A stretch of DNA of 64,000 bases from Longimicrobiales bacterium (GCA_965202985.1 CBDBCF010000001.1:1984001-2048000); one strand, 5' to 3'; counted from the stretch's first letter, positions 48,390 to 59,045 are shown. Translations and numbers: made by a program. Notes: a model not told the origin generated them from the letters alone.

Positions 48390-49967
48390 ATGCGCTTCTT
48401 CAACACGACCGGTCCCGTCGTGGCGGCCGACCACTACCGGATCGCCCCTCTCGACCGCTTTGATCTAGCCGAAGTTCGGCGGCTGCTCGCGGAGAAGCGC
48501 TACTTCGTCCTTCACGCGCCCCGTCAAACCGGCAAGACTTCCGCGTTGCTGGCCCTTCGCGATCTGCTCAACGCCGAGGACGACTATCGTTGCGTCTACG
48601 TCAACGTCGAGGCTGCGCAAGCGGCTCGGGAAGACGCGGAGCAAGCGGTGCGCACCGTGCTTGGCGGACTGTCCTACCGAGCGCGACAGACGTTGGGCGA
48701 CGACCACTTGCAGTCGGTATGGCCCGGCATCCTGGCGACCCACGGCGCCCACGGCGCATTGTTCGAGGCGCTGGCAAGCTGGACGCAGGCCGATCCCAAA
48801 CCCCTGGTTCTGCTTATCGACGAGATCGACGCCTTGGTGGGCGACTCGCTGCTGTCGGTGTTGCGGCAGCTGAGGGCGGGCTACGACCTGCGGCCGGCCG
48901 GTTTTCCGCAGAGCGTGGTCTTGTGCGGAGTGCGCGACATACGCGACTACCGCATCCGCTCCGGATCGGCGGAGACGATGGTGGCCGGCGGCAGCGCCTT
49001 CAACATCAAGGCCGAGTCGCTGCGCTTGGGCGACTTCTCGCGAGACGAGGTCGTCGCCCTGTTGGGTCAGCACACCGAGGCCACCGGCCAGGCGTTCGCC
49101 GCCGACGCGCTGGAGGTCGTCTGGGCGCGTACGCGCGGTCAGCCGTGGCTGGTCAACGCACTGGCGTATCAGACGTGCTTCCGCGGAGCGTTGGCGGCGG
49201 ACCGGTCGCGGCCGGTCGCCAAGGACGACGTCGTCGAGGCGCAGGAAGCGCTGATTCGAAGGCGCGAGACGCACCTGGACCAGTTGGCGGACAAGTTGCA
49301 GGAGGCTCGTGTCCGGCGAGTGGTGGAGCCGTTGCTGGCGGGCGCCGACCAGACGCGGTCGTCGGCGCGGGACTTGGAGTATGCGCGCGACTTGGGGTTG
49401 GTGGCGCGCGACCCGCCGCTCCGACTGGCGAATCCGATCTACGCTGAAGTGGTGCCCCGAGAGTTGACGTGGCTGACCCAGGAGGAGATGTCGCAAGATC
49501 CGGCGTGGTACGCGAGCCCGTTTGGCGGTCTCGACATCGACAAGTTGCTGGCGGCGTTCCAAGACTTTTTTCGGGAGCACTCGGAGCACTGGGTGGAACG
49601 GTTCCAGTACAAGGAGGCCGGTCCGCAACTGCTGCTGCAAGCGTTTCTGCAACGAATTGTGAACAGCGGAGGACGGATCGAGCGGGAGTACGGTTTGGGG
49701 CGAGGACGCACGGACCTGCTGGTAGCGTGGCCGGGGGGCGGGCGGACGTGGAAGTACGTCGTCGAGTGCAAGGTGCTGCGCAAGAGCATGGAGCAAACCG
49801 TGGCGGCAGGAGTGGCGCAGACGGCGGCGTACATGGACCGTTGCGGCGCAGAATCGGGGCACTTGGTCGTCTTCGACCGACGGGAGGGCCGCAGCTGGAG
49901 CGACAAGGTCTTCCATGAGCGTCGCCGGGCCGACGACGGCACCGACGTGGACGTCTGGGGCATGTGA
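48390..49967 (+). CDS. AAA ATPase with C-terminal PD-(D/E)xK nuclease domain
   Basis: MRFFNTTGP, APRQTGKTS, IDEID, REYGLGRGRTDL..VECK. Confidence 0.88.
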   Translation: MRFFNTTGPVVAADHYRIAPLDRFDLAEVRRLLAEKRYFVLHAPRQTGKTSALLALRDLLNAEDDYRCVYVNVEAAQAAREDAEQAVRTVLGGLSYRARQTLGDDHLQSVWPGILATHGAHGALFEALASWTQADPKPLVLLIDEIDALVGDSLLSVLRQLRAGYDLRPAGFPQSVVLCGVRDIRDYRIRSGSAETMVAGGSAFNIKAESLRLGDFSRDEVVALLGQHTEATGQAFAADALEVVWARTRGQPWLVNALAYQTCFRGALAADRSRPVAKDDVVEAQEALIRRRETHLDQLADKLQEARVRRVVEPLLAGADQTRSSARDLEYARDLGLVARDPPLRLANPIYAEVVPRELTWLTQEEMSQDPAWYASPFGGLDIDKLLAAFQDFFREHSEHWVERFQYKEAGPQLLLQAFLQRIVNSGGRIEREYGLGRGRTDLLVAWPGGGRTWKYVVECKVLRKSMEQTVAAGVAQTAAYMDRCGAESGHLVVFDRREGRSWSDKVFHERRRADDGTDVDVWGM

Positions 49968-49992
49968 CAAGGCACGGCGCCGCCCATGGCGA

Positions 49993-51453
49993 CTACCGTC
50001 TCGGCAGAGGCGGCGCCTGACCTTCCGGAAGCGGCGAGCGGTAGGGCTGGCCACCCGTCTGCCGTGCGTGTTCCTCCTTGGCGCGGGCCAGCAGATCGGC
50101 ATCCAAGACCAATTCGGCGCCCATGAGCGCCATGGCGCGGGTGGCGACTTGCGCGCCCTTGACGGCGCCCGGCGTGGCGTGCGAAGCGCTGGTTGCCCAC
50201 GAATGCCACGGCACGTTCTCGGCCGCCGTGGTCACGCGGAACTCCACCGTCGGCGCGATGTAGCTGACCTCGGCCACGTCCGACGATCCGCCGCCGGCCA
50301 TGACGGGCCTGTCCGCCAAGTGGTCGATCGTGTCGTTCAAGCCCGTCGTCTCCACGTCCAGGAACTGTTGCAGTTCGCGCGCGAACCTCTGGTCCTCTTC
50401 GTCGAAGGCGGGCGGGCCGACGCGCTCCAAGTTCGCCTGCATGGCTTCCTGCAACGGCCGCACCAGCGTGTACGGATGCACGCCCGTCACCAGGAACACC
50501 TCGTGCCGCGTGCGCGTCATCTGCGCGGCCCCGGCAGCGATGTCGAGAATCCAGGCATAGTGCTTGTCGACGGCCGCGCGAGTCGTGTCGCGAACGTAGT
50601 ACCATGCCCGGGCGTACTCCGGCACTACGTTGGGCGCGTCGCCGGCGTTCGGGATCACGTAGTGGATGCGCGCGCTGGTCTCCACGTGTTCGCGCATCAT
50701 GTTCACGCCGTGGTTCATGAGTTCGACCGCGTCCAGCGCGCTTCGCCCGTTCCAAGGATCGGCGGCGCCGTGCGCGGCCTGGCCCCGGAAGGCGACCTCG
50801 AAGTTGTTGAGCGCCCGAGCCCCGTTGTTGCTGACGGCGGTGTTCTGCCCCGGATGCCAAACGATCGACGCGTCCAGGTCGTTGAAGAGCCCGTCTCGCG
50901 CCATGTAGACCTTGCCGACGAGCGTCTCCTCCGCCGGCGTGCCGTAGAGCCGCACGGTGCCCGTCGTGCCATGGTCCGCCATCATCCGCTTGATCGCAAT
51001 GGCCGCCGCCACCGACGCCGCGCCGAACAGGTTGTGCCCGCACCCGTGGCCGTGCACGTGGCCGTCTTCCCGAGGCGCGCGCCGGGGTTCGGGGGCGTTG
51101 CCGATGTTGGGCAGCGCGTCGTACTCCGCCAGAACGCCCAGGATCGGGCGCCCGGAGCCCCACGAAGCCACGAACGCCGTGGGCAGTCCCGCCGCGCCCC
51201 GCTCCAGGGCGAACCCCTCGTCTTCCAGGACGCGGGCCAAGTAGCTCGACGACTCCGCTTCTTCCATGGCGATCTCCGCGAAGTCCCACAAGCGCAAGGA
51301 CATCTCGGCCACGAGATCGTCGAGGGCGGCGGCATGGTCGAGCGCGCCCTGCTTGCCTTGCTCGACGGACTGGGCGGCTGCGACCGCGGATATGGGCGCG
51401 ACGACGGCTAGGGCGAGCGCGACGGCGACGCGCACAACGGACACGTGGTTCAT
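49993..51453 (-). CDS. M20 amidohydrolase (AbgB-like), secreted
   Basis: EYDALP, HGCGHN, TPAEE, WHP, GSSDV, WHSW. Confidence 0.9.
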   Translation of the reverse strand: MNHVSVVRVAVALALAVVAPISAVAAAQSVEQGKQGALDHAAALDDLVAEMSLRLWDFAEIAMEEAESSSYLARVLEDEGFALERGAAGLPTAFVASWGSGRPILGVLAEYDALPNIGNAPEPRRAPREDGHVHGHGCGHNLFGAASVAAAIAIKRMMADHGTTGTVRLYGTPAEETLVGKVYMARDGLFNDLDASIVWHPGQNTAVSNNGARALNNFEVAFRGQAAHGAADPWNGRSALDAVELMNHGVNMMREHVETSARIHYVIPNAGDAPNVVPEYARAWYYVRDTTRAAVDKHYAWILDIAAGAAQMTRTRHEVFLVTGVHPYTLVRPLQEAMQANLERVGPPAFDEEDQRFARELQQFLDVETTGLNDTIDHLADRPVMAGGGSSDVAEVSYIAPTVEFRVTTAAENVPWHSWATSASHATPGAVKGAQVATRAMALMGAELVLDADLLARAKEEHARQTGGQPYRSPLPEGQAPPLPRR

Positions 51454-51663
51454 GTGGCTGGACTTCCTTGCGTGGGTTGGCGAGCGAGGACTCGGTCGCT
51501 GGACGACGAACGATCCTGCGACAGGCGGCACGGTACGCAACGCCGTCGCGGGCGGCAACCTTGCGCCGGCGCGGGCGGCGGACGGCGGAATCCCGTACTT
51601 TGCCGCGGTGGCCCGGCATCCAAAGGCCGATGGCCGCCGTTCCCCCTCGCAAAGGAAGAAGAC

Positions 51664-52833
51664 TTGAAAGGTTCCCTGAACGCTGTCGCGCTGGCCGGCT
51701 TCTCGGCCTTCTTGGCGTGCGAAGTGGCCCCTGGTTCTCCGGGCGACTCCACGTCGGACGGTTCCGCTGGCGGGCCGACCGGTTCCGCGGGCGCGCCGCC
51801 GGCCTTTCGAGTGGACGCCTCCTGGCCCCTGGAGCTGCCCAACGACTGGATACTCGGCGCCATCACGTCGGTGTTCGTGGACGGGCGGGACCATGTCTGG
51901 ATCACGCACCTGCCCGAGACGTTGACGCCCGAGGAGGCCGCCGCCGTCCAAGACCCGCCGATCGGCGAGTGTTGCGTGCCCGCGCCGATCGTCCTCGAGC
52001 TCGACCCGTCGGGCGCCGTGGTCCAAGCGTGGGGCCATCCGTCCCAGGACCCGTCGGAGTTCCCCCAGGCCGCCCACGGCCTCTTCGTCGACCACAACGA
52101 GAACGTGTGGATCGGGACGTACCGCCATCACCGGGTCATGAAGTTCACGCGCTCCGGCGAGCACCTGGCGACGCTGGGCGAGTACGACGTCAACGGGGGC
52201 AGCGCCGACACCCGGCTCTTGGGCGGCCCCGCCGGCGTCTGGGTGGACCCCAGCACCAACGAAGTCTTCGTGGCCGACGGCTACCGCAATCGTCGCGTGG
52301 TGGTCTTCGACGGCGACACGGGCATGTACATGCGCCATTGGGGCGCGTACGGCGAGCCGCCCGACGACGAGGCCGAGTACGACTACGCCGCCCGCACCGC
52401 CGACGGTCCCCCGCCGACCCAGTTCTCCACCGTCCACGGACTGGTCGGCTCCGCCGACGGCCTGATCTACGTCGCCGACCGTCGCGGCAACCGCATCCAG
52501 GTCTTCCAGCAGGACGGCACGTTCGTGACCGAGAAGACGGTGGCCCCTCTGACGCGGGCGTCCGGCTCGGCGTTCGTGGTCGCCCTGTCGCCCGACCCCG
52601 ATCAACGCTGGCTGTACTTGGCCGACGGCACCAACCACAAGGTGTGGATCCTTCGCCGCTCGGACTTGGAGATCGTCGGCGAGTTCGGGCGCGGCGGCCG
52701 CCAAGTCGGCCAGTTCATTCGCCCCCATGGAATGGCCGTGGACTCGCAAGGCAATATCTACGTGGGCGAAGCGTCCACGGGCCGACGTGTCCAGAAGTTC
52801 GTGGCAGCGGACCCGGACGGGAGCGAATCATGA
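51664..52833 (+). CDS. NHL-repeat lipoprotein (peptidyl-hydroxyglycine lyase-like)
   Basis: Lipobox FLAC; VADGYRNRRV, VADRRGNRIQVF, PHGMAVDS. Confidence 0.82.
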   Translation: MKGSLNAVALAGFSAFLACEVAPGSPGDSTSDGSAGGPTGSAGAPPAFRVDASWPLELPNDWILGAITSVFVDGRDHVWITHLPETLTPEEAAAVQDPPIGECCVPAPIVLELDPSGAVVQAWGHPSQDPSEFPQAAHGLFVDHNENVWIGTYRHHRVMKFTRSGEHLATLGEYDVNGGSADTRLLGGPAGVWVDPSTNEVFVADGYRNRRVVVFDGDTGMYMRHWGAYGEPPDDEAEYDYAARTADGPPPTQFSTVHGLVGSADGLIYVADRRGNRIQVFQQDGTFVTEKTVAPLTRASGSAFVVALSPDPDQRWLYLADGTNHKVWILRRSDLEIVGEFGRGGRQVGQFIRPHGMAVDSQGNIYVGEASTGRRVQKFVAADPDGSES

Positions 52834-54275
52834 ATCGCGCGACTTGCCCGATCGGCGTTCTTCTTCTGCTCATGGCGCAGCCGCTGCGAGCCCACGGCCA
52901 GGAGCCCTATCCTTACGACGCCAACTGCAGCACTTGGCCCGTCGCGGAAGGCCCGTACGCCGTAGGCACAATCGAGTTCGCGGTTACCGACTGGCTGCGC
53001 GGCACGGAGTATGCCCCCGCGCCGACCGACTACCGACGCCTCTATGTCCGCGCCTGGTATCCGGCCGACCGCCCGGACGCGCCGAGCACGCCCGATGCGG
53101 CCTCCGGCGCGCCCCCCGCTCGCCGACCGTACTTTACGCCGGTCGAGATGACGACGCTGGCAAGCGGCCTCATGACGGCGCTGGGCCAGCCCGACGACGC
53201 ACTGCGCAACTGCGCCGCGCTGGCCACGAATTCATACGAGGACGCCGCGCCTGCTGAGGGGCGCTTCCCCCTTGTCGGATACAATCACGGCTACACGTCG
53301 TATCCAGCCCAGCAGACGGCGTTGTTCGAGCACTTGGCGGCGAACGGGTACGTGGTCGTCTCGGTTGGGCATCCTTACGAATCGGGCGGGTTGGCGTACC
53401 CGGACGGCGACGTGCTGGAGATGTCGCCCAGGATTACGCAGGACTTGCAACGGTACGGCGGGGACTTGTCCGCCCTGACGGTGCACTATCCTCCCGACTT
53501 GGCGACGGCGCTGGACGCGCTGCCCGGCTACTTCCAACGACTGCGCGCGACATCGCTCGGGCGACTTGCGCCCGTATGGCGCGACGACGTGCTCTTCGTC
53601 GTGGATCGGCTGGAAGATCGGGACGTGCCGGCCAAGGTTGCGGCGCTTGCGGCGGCGGCCGACTACGACGCCCGGGCCTACATGGGCATGTCGTACGGCG
53701 GCTACATCGCGGCGATGCTCGCCCAGACCGACCTTCGGGCCAAGGCCGCGGTCAACTTGGACGGCGGATACTGGACGGCCGAGCTCGTGGATGCCGACGT
53801 GCGCACGCCGCTCCTAATGCTCAACTCCGATCCGACCCAGGTACTGGCTGGACTGCCCCCGGCGCTGGCCGACGCTCCCGTCTACCGCGGCGAGTACGGC
53901 CCCGACGCTCCCACGGCCGGCGACTTGGCCTACGAACGACTGGCCCGCGCAGGGCTTCGACCAGACGTGCACAGGATCATGGTGCCGGGCATTCAGCACA
54001 TCGCCGTGTCCGACCTGTCGGAGCTGGTGGGCGCGCCGGCCGCAGCGCCGTTCCTGGGCGACCCCGAAGTCGTCGAACGATTCACCGTCATGCAGAACGA
54101 CCTCGTCCTGGGTTTCTTGGACCGCTACCTGAGGGGGGACGATTCGTCGTACCCGGCCGCAGAGTTTCCTGCGCAAGTGCTGTCGATGCATCCGCACTTG
54201 CTCGTTCGCGACAAGGACGACATCCGACGGCAGGCGGAGGCGTTGGGATTGGCGGGCGGTTCTCGTTCTCGTTAG
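52830..54275 (+). CDS. Secreted alpha/beta hydrolase (PAF-acetylhydrolase-like)
   Basis: GPYAVG, AWYPA, YNHG, GMSYGG, NLDG. Confidence 0.82.
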   Translation: MNRATCPIGVLLLLMAQPLRAHGQEPYPYDANCSTWPVAEGPYAVGTIEFAVTDWLRGTEYAPAPTDYRRLYVRAWYPADRPDAPSTPDAASGAPPARRPYFTPVEMTTLASGLMTALGQPDDALRNCAALATNSYEDAAPAEGRFPLVGYNHGYTSYPAQQTALFEHLAANGYVVVSVGHPYESGGLAYPDGDVLEMSPRITQDLQRYGGDLSALTVHYPPDLATALDALPGYFQRLRATSLGRLAPVWRDDVLFVVDRLEDRDVPAKVAALAAAADYDARAYMGMSYGGYIAAMLAQTDLRAKAAVNLDGGYWTAELVDADVRTPLLMLNSDPTQVLAGLPPALADAPVYRGEYGPDAPTAGDLAYERLARAGLRPDVHRIMVPGIQHIAVSDLSELVGAPAAAPFLGDPEVVERFTVMQNDLVLGFLDRYLRGDDSSYPAAEFPAQVLSMHPHLLVRDKDDIRRQAEALGLAGGSRSR

Positions 54276-54288
54276 TTGGGAAGCCGCG

Positions 54289-54576
54289 TTATTCCTGCTT
54301 GGAGCTGAGCAAGTGTTCGACAATGCGCCCTACGTCGGACCGGGTAGCCTCCACAGTGGTTGCCAAGCTCGCAACGGTGGACGCCAAGCCCGCTACCGTG
54401 GACGTCAGGCCCGCCACCGTGGATTTGAGTTCGGCCACCTCCTCCTTGGTGGCCAGCGTCTCCTTCCACTTTCCAAGGTCGAACGCTTTACGAATGACCC
54501 ACGCAACACCCACGCCCAGCGGCACCGCTGCACCAAGCCCGGTTGCCACGCCCTGACCGATCGCATTCCAGTCCAT
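54289..54576 (-). CDS. 95-aa membrane-anchored coiled-coil protein
   Basis: SD GAGGAG; TM segment then LATKEEV and STVAGLx heptads. Confidence 0.7.
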   Translation of the reverse strand: MDWNAIGQGVATGLGAAVPLGVGVAWVIRKAFDLGKWKETLATKEEVAELKSTVAGLTSTVAGLASTVASLATTVEATRSDVGRIVEHLLSSKQE

Positions 54577-54654
54577 TCTTTCTCCTCGCTCGGCAAGTAA
54601 GTTGTGCTTGTAGTCGACGATGCCGGGGCGCGGCTCGCCGAGAATCGAAGGTGC

Positions 54655-54684
54655 AACGTACACCGCACCGCGACGACAAGTCAA
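54655..54684 (-). promoter_or_regulatory. Putative sigma70 promoter of coiled-coil gene
   Basis: TTGACT-N18-TACGTT on minus strand. Confidence 0.55.
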
Positions 54685-54847
54685 GGCTCGCGTGAATTCG
54701 CAGCCGCCAACGGCGCCGCGGGGTGGGCACGAGGATCCCACGAAGCGGGCACGAGGGATTGCGCCGCCCAAGGGGTTGGCAAATCTTATGTAGTCCTCCA
54801 TGTCGGCCGCGCCATCGGCGGTCCCCTATCGACCCAGGAAAAATCCC

Positions 54848-57800
54848 ATGCGCACATTGACCTGCCCGCCTTCGTCAGTTCTCGCTTGCACAGCCCTTCT
54901 TGCGGGGCTGGCGGCGAGCGCCCCCGCTAGCACCCCCGCCGGCGCCTCCGTCGTCGTTTCCGCCGGTGCAGCCTCCCACGGAGCCGTCTCTCATGGGGCC
55001 GCTCCCTTCGCCCAGCCCTTCGACACGCTCGCCTTCAAGGACCTCCGCTACCGGATGGCGGGGCCCTACCGGGGCGGCCGCTCGACGGCGGCTGCCGGGT
55101 TTCTGAACGACCCGGACCGCTGGATCATGGGCGTCACGGGGGGTGGCGTCTGGGAGTCCGCCGACAACGGCGTCTCGTGGCGGAACATCTCGGACGGCTG
55201 GTTCGGCGGCTCGATCGGCGCGGTGGCGGTGGCGCCGTCGGACCCGAACGTCATCTACGTGGGGCAGGGGTCGATGGACATCCGAGGCAACACGTCCACG
55301 GGGCGGGGCGCCTGGAAGTCCGTGGACGGCGGGCGCACGTGGGCGTTCATCGGGCTGCCGGAGGCGGGACAGATCGGTCGCATCGAGGTGCATCCCAAGG
55401 ACTACGACCTGGTCTACGTTGCCGCACTGGGCCACCCCTTTGGCAAGAACCCGGAGCGCGGCGTCTTTCGATCCACGGACGGCGGCGACAGCTGGGAACA
55501 CGTGCTGGCGCTCAACGACTCCACCGGCGCGTCCGACTTGACGCTGGACAGCACGAATCCGCGCGTCTTGTACGCGGGCATGTGGCGCGGCGAACGCAAG
55601 CCTTGGGCGCTGATCTCGGGCGCCGAAGAGGGCGGCGTGTACAAGTCCGTCGACGGGGGCGACACGTGGACCAAGCTCCAAGGCGGACTGCCGGAAGGGA
55701 TCGTCGGCAAGGTGGGCGTCAGCGCGTCGCCGGCGGACCCCGACCGCGTGTGGGCGATCGTCGAGGCCGAGCCGGACGGGGGCGTGTACCGCTCCGACGA
55801 CGCCGGCAAGACGTGGACGCGGACCAACTCCGACAACAACTTGCGCCAGCGCGCGTGGTACTACACGCACGTGCAGGCCGATCCAGTCGATCGCAACACC
55901 GTGTATGCCTTGAACACGAGCTTGTACAGATCGGTGGACGGGGGCACGACCTTCGAAGTCATTCCCGTGCCGCACGGCGACGTGCACGACCTTTGGATTC
56001 ATCCCGACGACCCGGACCGCATGGTCGTGGCCGACGACGGCGGTGCACAAGTCACCGTCAACGGAGGCGAGACCTGGTCCACGTACTTCAATCAGCCCAC
56101 GGCCGAGCTGTACGATGTCATGGTGGACAACGGCTTCCCCTATCGCCTGTACGGCGCCCAGCAGGACAACACCACGATATCCGTGCCGGCTTGGTCCGAC
56201 GTGAACACGCTCTATCCCAAGGAGCACTGGCAGAACGTGGGCGGATGCGAGACGGGTCCGATCGCCCTCGATCCCGACCGGCCGCACATCGTCTATGCGG
56301 GTTGCTACGGAGGCGTCATGGACCGGTACGACTTGTCGACGGGACAGCGGCGCAACGTCATGCTGTATCCGCAGCTGCAACTGGGCATGGCGGCCAAGGA
56401 CCTTCGCCACCGCTTCCAGTGGGTGTCGCCGATGCTGGTGAGCGTGCACGACCACCGCACACTCTATCATGCGTCCCAGTACGTGAACCGCTCCCGCGAC
56501 GAGGGCGCGACGTGGGAGACGATCAGTCCCGACTTGACCACCAACACGCCCGAGCATCAGGAGCAGTCCGGCGGTCCGATCAACGCCGACGTGACGGGCG
56601 TCGAGATCTACAACGTGGTCTTCTCGCTGGCGGAGTCGGCGTCGGACCCGAACGAGGTCTGGGCGGGCAGCGACGACGGCCGCGTTCACGTCACGCGGGA
56701 CGGCGGCGCCAACTGGACCGAGATCACGCCCGCGGAGATGCCGGCCCTGGGCACGGTGGACGAGATCGAGCTGTCGGCCCACGCCCCCGGGCGCGCCTAC
56801 TTGGCCGTGCACAAGTATCGCATGGACGACTTTCGGCCCTACGTCTTCCGCACGGACGACTACGGAGCGTCGTGGACGCTGGCCGTGGACGGGATCCCTG
56901 CGGACTACCCCGTGCGCACCGTGCGCGAGGACCCCGAGCGCGAAGGCCTGCTCTTCGCCGGCACCGAGTTCGGCGTGTTCGTTTCCTTCGACGGGGGCGG
57001 CCAGTGGCAGAGCTTTCAGCGCAACTTGCCGATCGTTCCCGTCACCGGAATGCGGCTTGCGCACGACGACCTGATCGTGTCTACGCAGGGCCGGTCGTTC
57101 TGGATCATGGACGACATGAGCCCCTTGCGGGAGCTTGATGCGGCACTGGCGGACGGGGCAGGCTCGGCGGACGGGGCAGGCGACGCGACGGAAGCCGGCT
57201 CGCCGGCGGGCGCCTACTTGTTCACGCCTCGGGACGTGCGGCGGCTCACCAACGTGGGGCCGACGTTCTTGGCGGAGCTGTCGCCCGAGCCGCGTCCGGC
57301 GGGTGCGCTGATCCACTTCTACATGCCCGAGGAATACGACGACGGCGATTCCCTTCGCATCGAAGTCGTGGACTCCCGGGACCAGGTGGTGCGCACGTTT
57401 TCGCCGGACTCGGCAGTGGCGGACGAGCCCGGCGGCGTGCAGATCGACCCGCAACCCGGACTCAACCGGATCGCCTGGACGCTGTCGTATGCCGGTCCGG
57501 AGCTGCCCGAAGGCGCGGTGCAGTGGGGCTACACCGGAGGCGTGGCCGCGCCGCCGGGAGAGTACCGGGTCCGCATGACGGAAGGCGAAACGGCGGGCGG
57601 CGCCATGTCGGAACGGGCGTTCACGCTGTTGCCGGACCCGCGCATCGACGATGTGGCGGCGGGCGGATACCAGGAGCAGTTCCGGGTTGCGATCGAGGCG
57701 CGAGACTCCATCAACGCCATCACGCGGGCGATCGAGGACTTGGCCGCCGTGCGCGAGCAGGTGCAGAGCGCAATGGAGCGGGCGCGGTCGGCGGAGGTGG

Positions 57801-58165
57801 AGGGCGAGCTGCAAGCGTTGGCAGACACGTTGCGCGACAAGTCTACGGGCATCACCGAAGACCTGATGCAGACCAAGAACCAGTCGAGTCAAGACCCCAT
57901 CCGGTTCCCGCCCCGACTGGACAACCAGTGGATGGAGCTGTACGGGCGCGTCACCGGCACGGACGGCTACATCTCCGGCGGCGCGGACGGCCCTCCGCAG
58001 CAAGGAACTCTGGAGCGCATGGACGATCTGCTGCAGGAGTGGGAAGACGTGAGAGTTCGCTACCTGGACCTGCTCGAAAACGAACTGGCGCGGTTCAACG
58101 AAGCGGTGGAACGCCTGGGGTTGCCGGCCGTCGTGCTGCCCCAGCGTGGCCGGATCGTCAGCTGA
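54848..58165 (+). CDS. VPS10/BNR-repeat glycosyl hydrolase-like protein
   Basis: GPYRGGRS; repeated Asp-boxes SxDGGxTW; HGDVH. Confidence 0.9.
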   Translation: MRTLTCPPSSVLACTALLAGLAASAPASTPAGASVVVSAGAASHGAVSHGAAPFAQPFDTLAFKDLRYRMAGPYRGGRSTAAAGFLNDPDRWIMGVTGGGVWESADNGVSWRNISDGWFGGSIGAVAVAPSDPNVIYVGQGSMDIRGNTSTGRGAWKSVDGGRTWAFIGLPEAGQIGRIEVHPKDYDLVYVAALGHPFGKNPERGVFRSTDGGDSWEHVLALNDSTGASDLTLDSTNPRVLYAGMWRGERKPWALISGAEEGGVYKSVDGGDTWTKLQGGLPEGIVGKVGVSASPADPDRVWAIVEAEPDGGVYRSDDAGKTWTRTNSDNNLRQRAWYYTHVQADPVDRNTVYALNTSLYRSVDGGTTFEVIPVPHGDVHDLWIHPDDPDRMVVADDGGAQVTVNGGETWSTYFNQPTAELYDVMVDNGFPYRLYGAQQDNTTISVPAWSDVNTLYPKEHWQNVGGCETGPIALDPDRPHIVYAGCYGGVMDRYDLSTGQRRNVMLYPQLQLGMAAKDLRHRFQWVSPMLVSVHDHRTLYHASQYVNRSRDEGATWETISPDLTTNTPEHQEQSGGPINADVTGVEIYNVVFSLAESASDPNEVWAGSDDGRVHVTRDGGANWTEITPAEMPALGTVDEIELSAHAPGRAYLAVHKYRMDDFRPYVFRTDDYGASWTLAVDGIPADYPVRTVREDPEREGLLFAGTEFGVFVSFDGGGQWQSFQRNLPIVPVTGMRLAHDDLIVSTQGRSFWIMDDMSPLRELDAALADGAGSADGAGDATEAGSPAGAYLFTPRDVRRLTNVGPTFLAELSPEPRPAGALIHFYMPEEYDDGDSLRIEVVDSRDQVVRTFSPDSAVADEPGGVQIDPQPGLNRIAWTLSYAGPELPEGAVQWGYTGGVAAPPGEYRVRMTEGETAGGAMSERAFTLLPDPRIDDVAAGGYQEQFRVAIEARDSINAITRAIEDLAAVREQVQSAMERARSAEVEGELQALADTLRDKSTGITEDLMQTKNQSSQDPIRFPPRLDNQWMELYGRVTGTDGYISGGADGPPQQGTLERMDDLLQEWEDVRVRYLDLLENELARFNEAVERLGLPAVVLPQRGRIVS

Positions 58166-59045
58166 ACCGCTGCTGCGCCAGCCCGTCCGCCAGCAGCCGA
58201 TGCAGGGCCGTCGGGTTCTCGATGTTCAGCCAGTGTCCGCCTTCGACTTCGTGAAGGAAGACGCGGCCCGTGCGCTGGCCGGCCGTTCGGATGCGGTCCA
58301 AGGCCGGCGCGTCCAGCACTTGCGACGCCCGCGCCTTGACGATGTGGACCGAGGCGCCGAGCGGCGGGGACTCCACGGCGGACCACGCGTCGGTGCGCGC
58401 ATAGTCGCGAAGCAGGGTCTCCATGTCGTCGGGGTCGATGCGCCAATGCCACGCCTGCCCGTTGTCGCCTTCGACCACGTTCGTGGCCATCCAGTTCGCG
58501 ACCAGGCCGGAGAAGCCTTCTGCCCAAATGGTCTCCGCGGCGCGACGACGGCTGGCGAAGGGACCCGGGTTGCGCCGAAGGGCTTCCAGCATTCGCCATG
58601 CTGTGCCGCGAGGCTGCGAAGGGCTGTGGCTCCATGGGCCCGGCGCCGAATCGACGACCCACGTTTGGCCCCACTGGGGCAGCGTCCGCGGCGCCGACGT
58701 CCCGGCCGGCGCTTGCTTGGCCCGTCGCCGGGCGTGCAGCAACGCCACCTTGCCGCCGAAGGAGTGGCCCAGCACTGCGTCGGCGGGGCGGCCCAAGTGC
58801 TCTTCCAGGTGGGCCAGGTCGCGAACGCATGCGTCCAGCGTGTGCGGCGGCGAAAACGGCGGCGACTTGCCGTGGCACCGCAGGTCCACGAGCACGATGC
58901 GCCAGTCGGGTCGCTCCGTCACCAGTTTCCGGGCCACCGATGCCCAGTTCCGCCCGGCTCCGTAGATGCCGTGAAGCAGAAGCATCTGTTTCTGCCGCGT
59001 CTCCGGCGATCCGGCCGACACGATCTCGTGATTCAGCACGCTCAC
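58158..59045 (-). CDS. Alpha/beta hydrolase (YbfF/ABHD11-like esterase)
   Basis: LLHGIYG, DLRCHG, GHSFGG, GHWL. Confidence 0.88.
   Translation of the reverse strand: MSVLNHEIVSAGSPETRQKQMLLLHGIYGAGRNWASVARKLVTERPDWRIVLVDLRCHGKSPPFSPPHTLDACVRDLAHLEEHLGRPADAVLGHSFGGKVALLHARRRAKQAPAGTSAPRTLPQWGQTWVVDSAPGPWSHSPSQPRGTAWRMLEALRRNPGPFASRRRAAETIWAEGFSGLVANWMATNVVEGDNGQAWHWRIDPDDMETLLRDYARTDAWSAVESPPLGASVHIVKARASQVLDAPALDRIRTAGQRTGRVFLHEVEGGHWLNIENPTALHRLLADGLAQQRFS

Noticed and set aside
57148..57183. 18-bp period duplication encoding ADGAG x2
   Set aside because: Ordinary linker slippage
54875..58003. 1042-aa - strand ORF
   Set aside because: Antisense shadow of the VPS10 gene, typical of high-GC DNA
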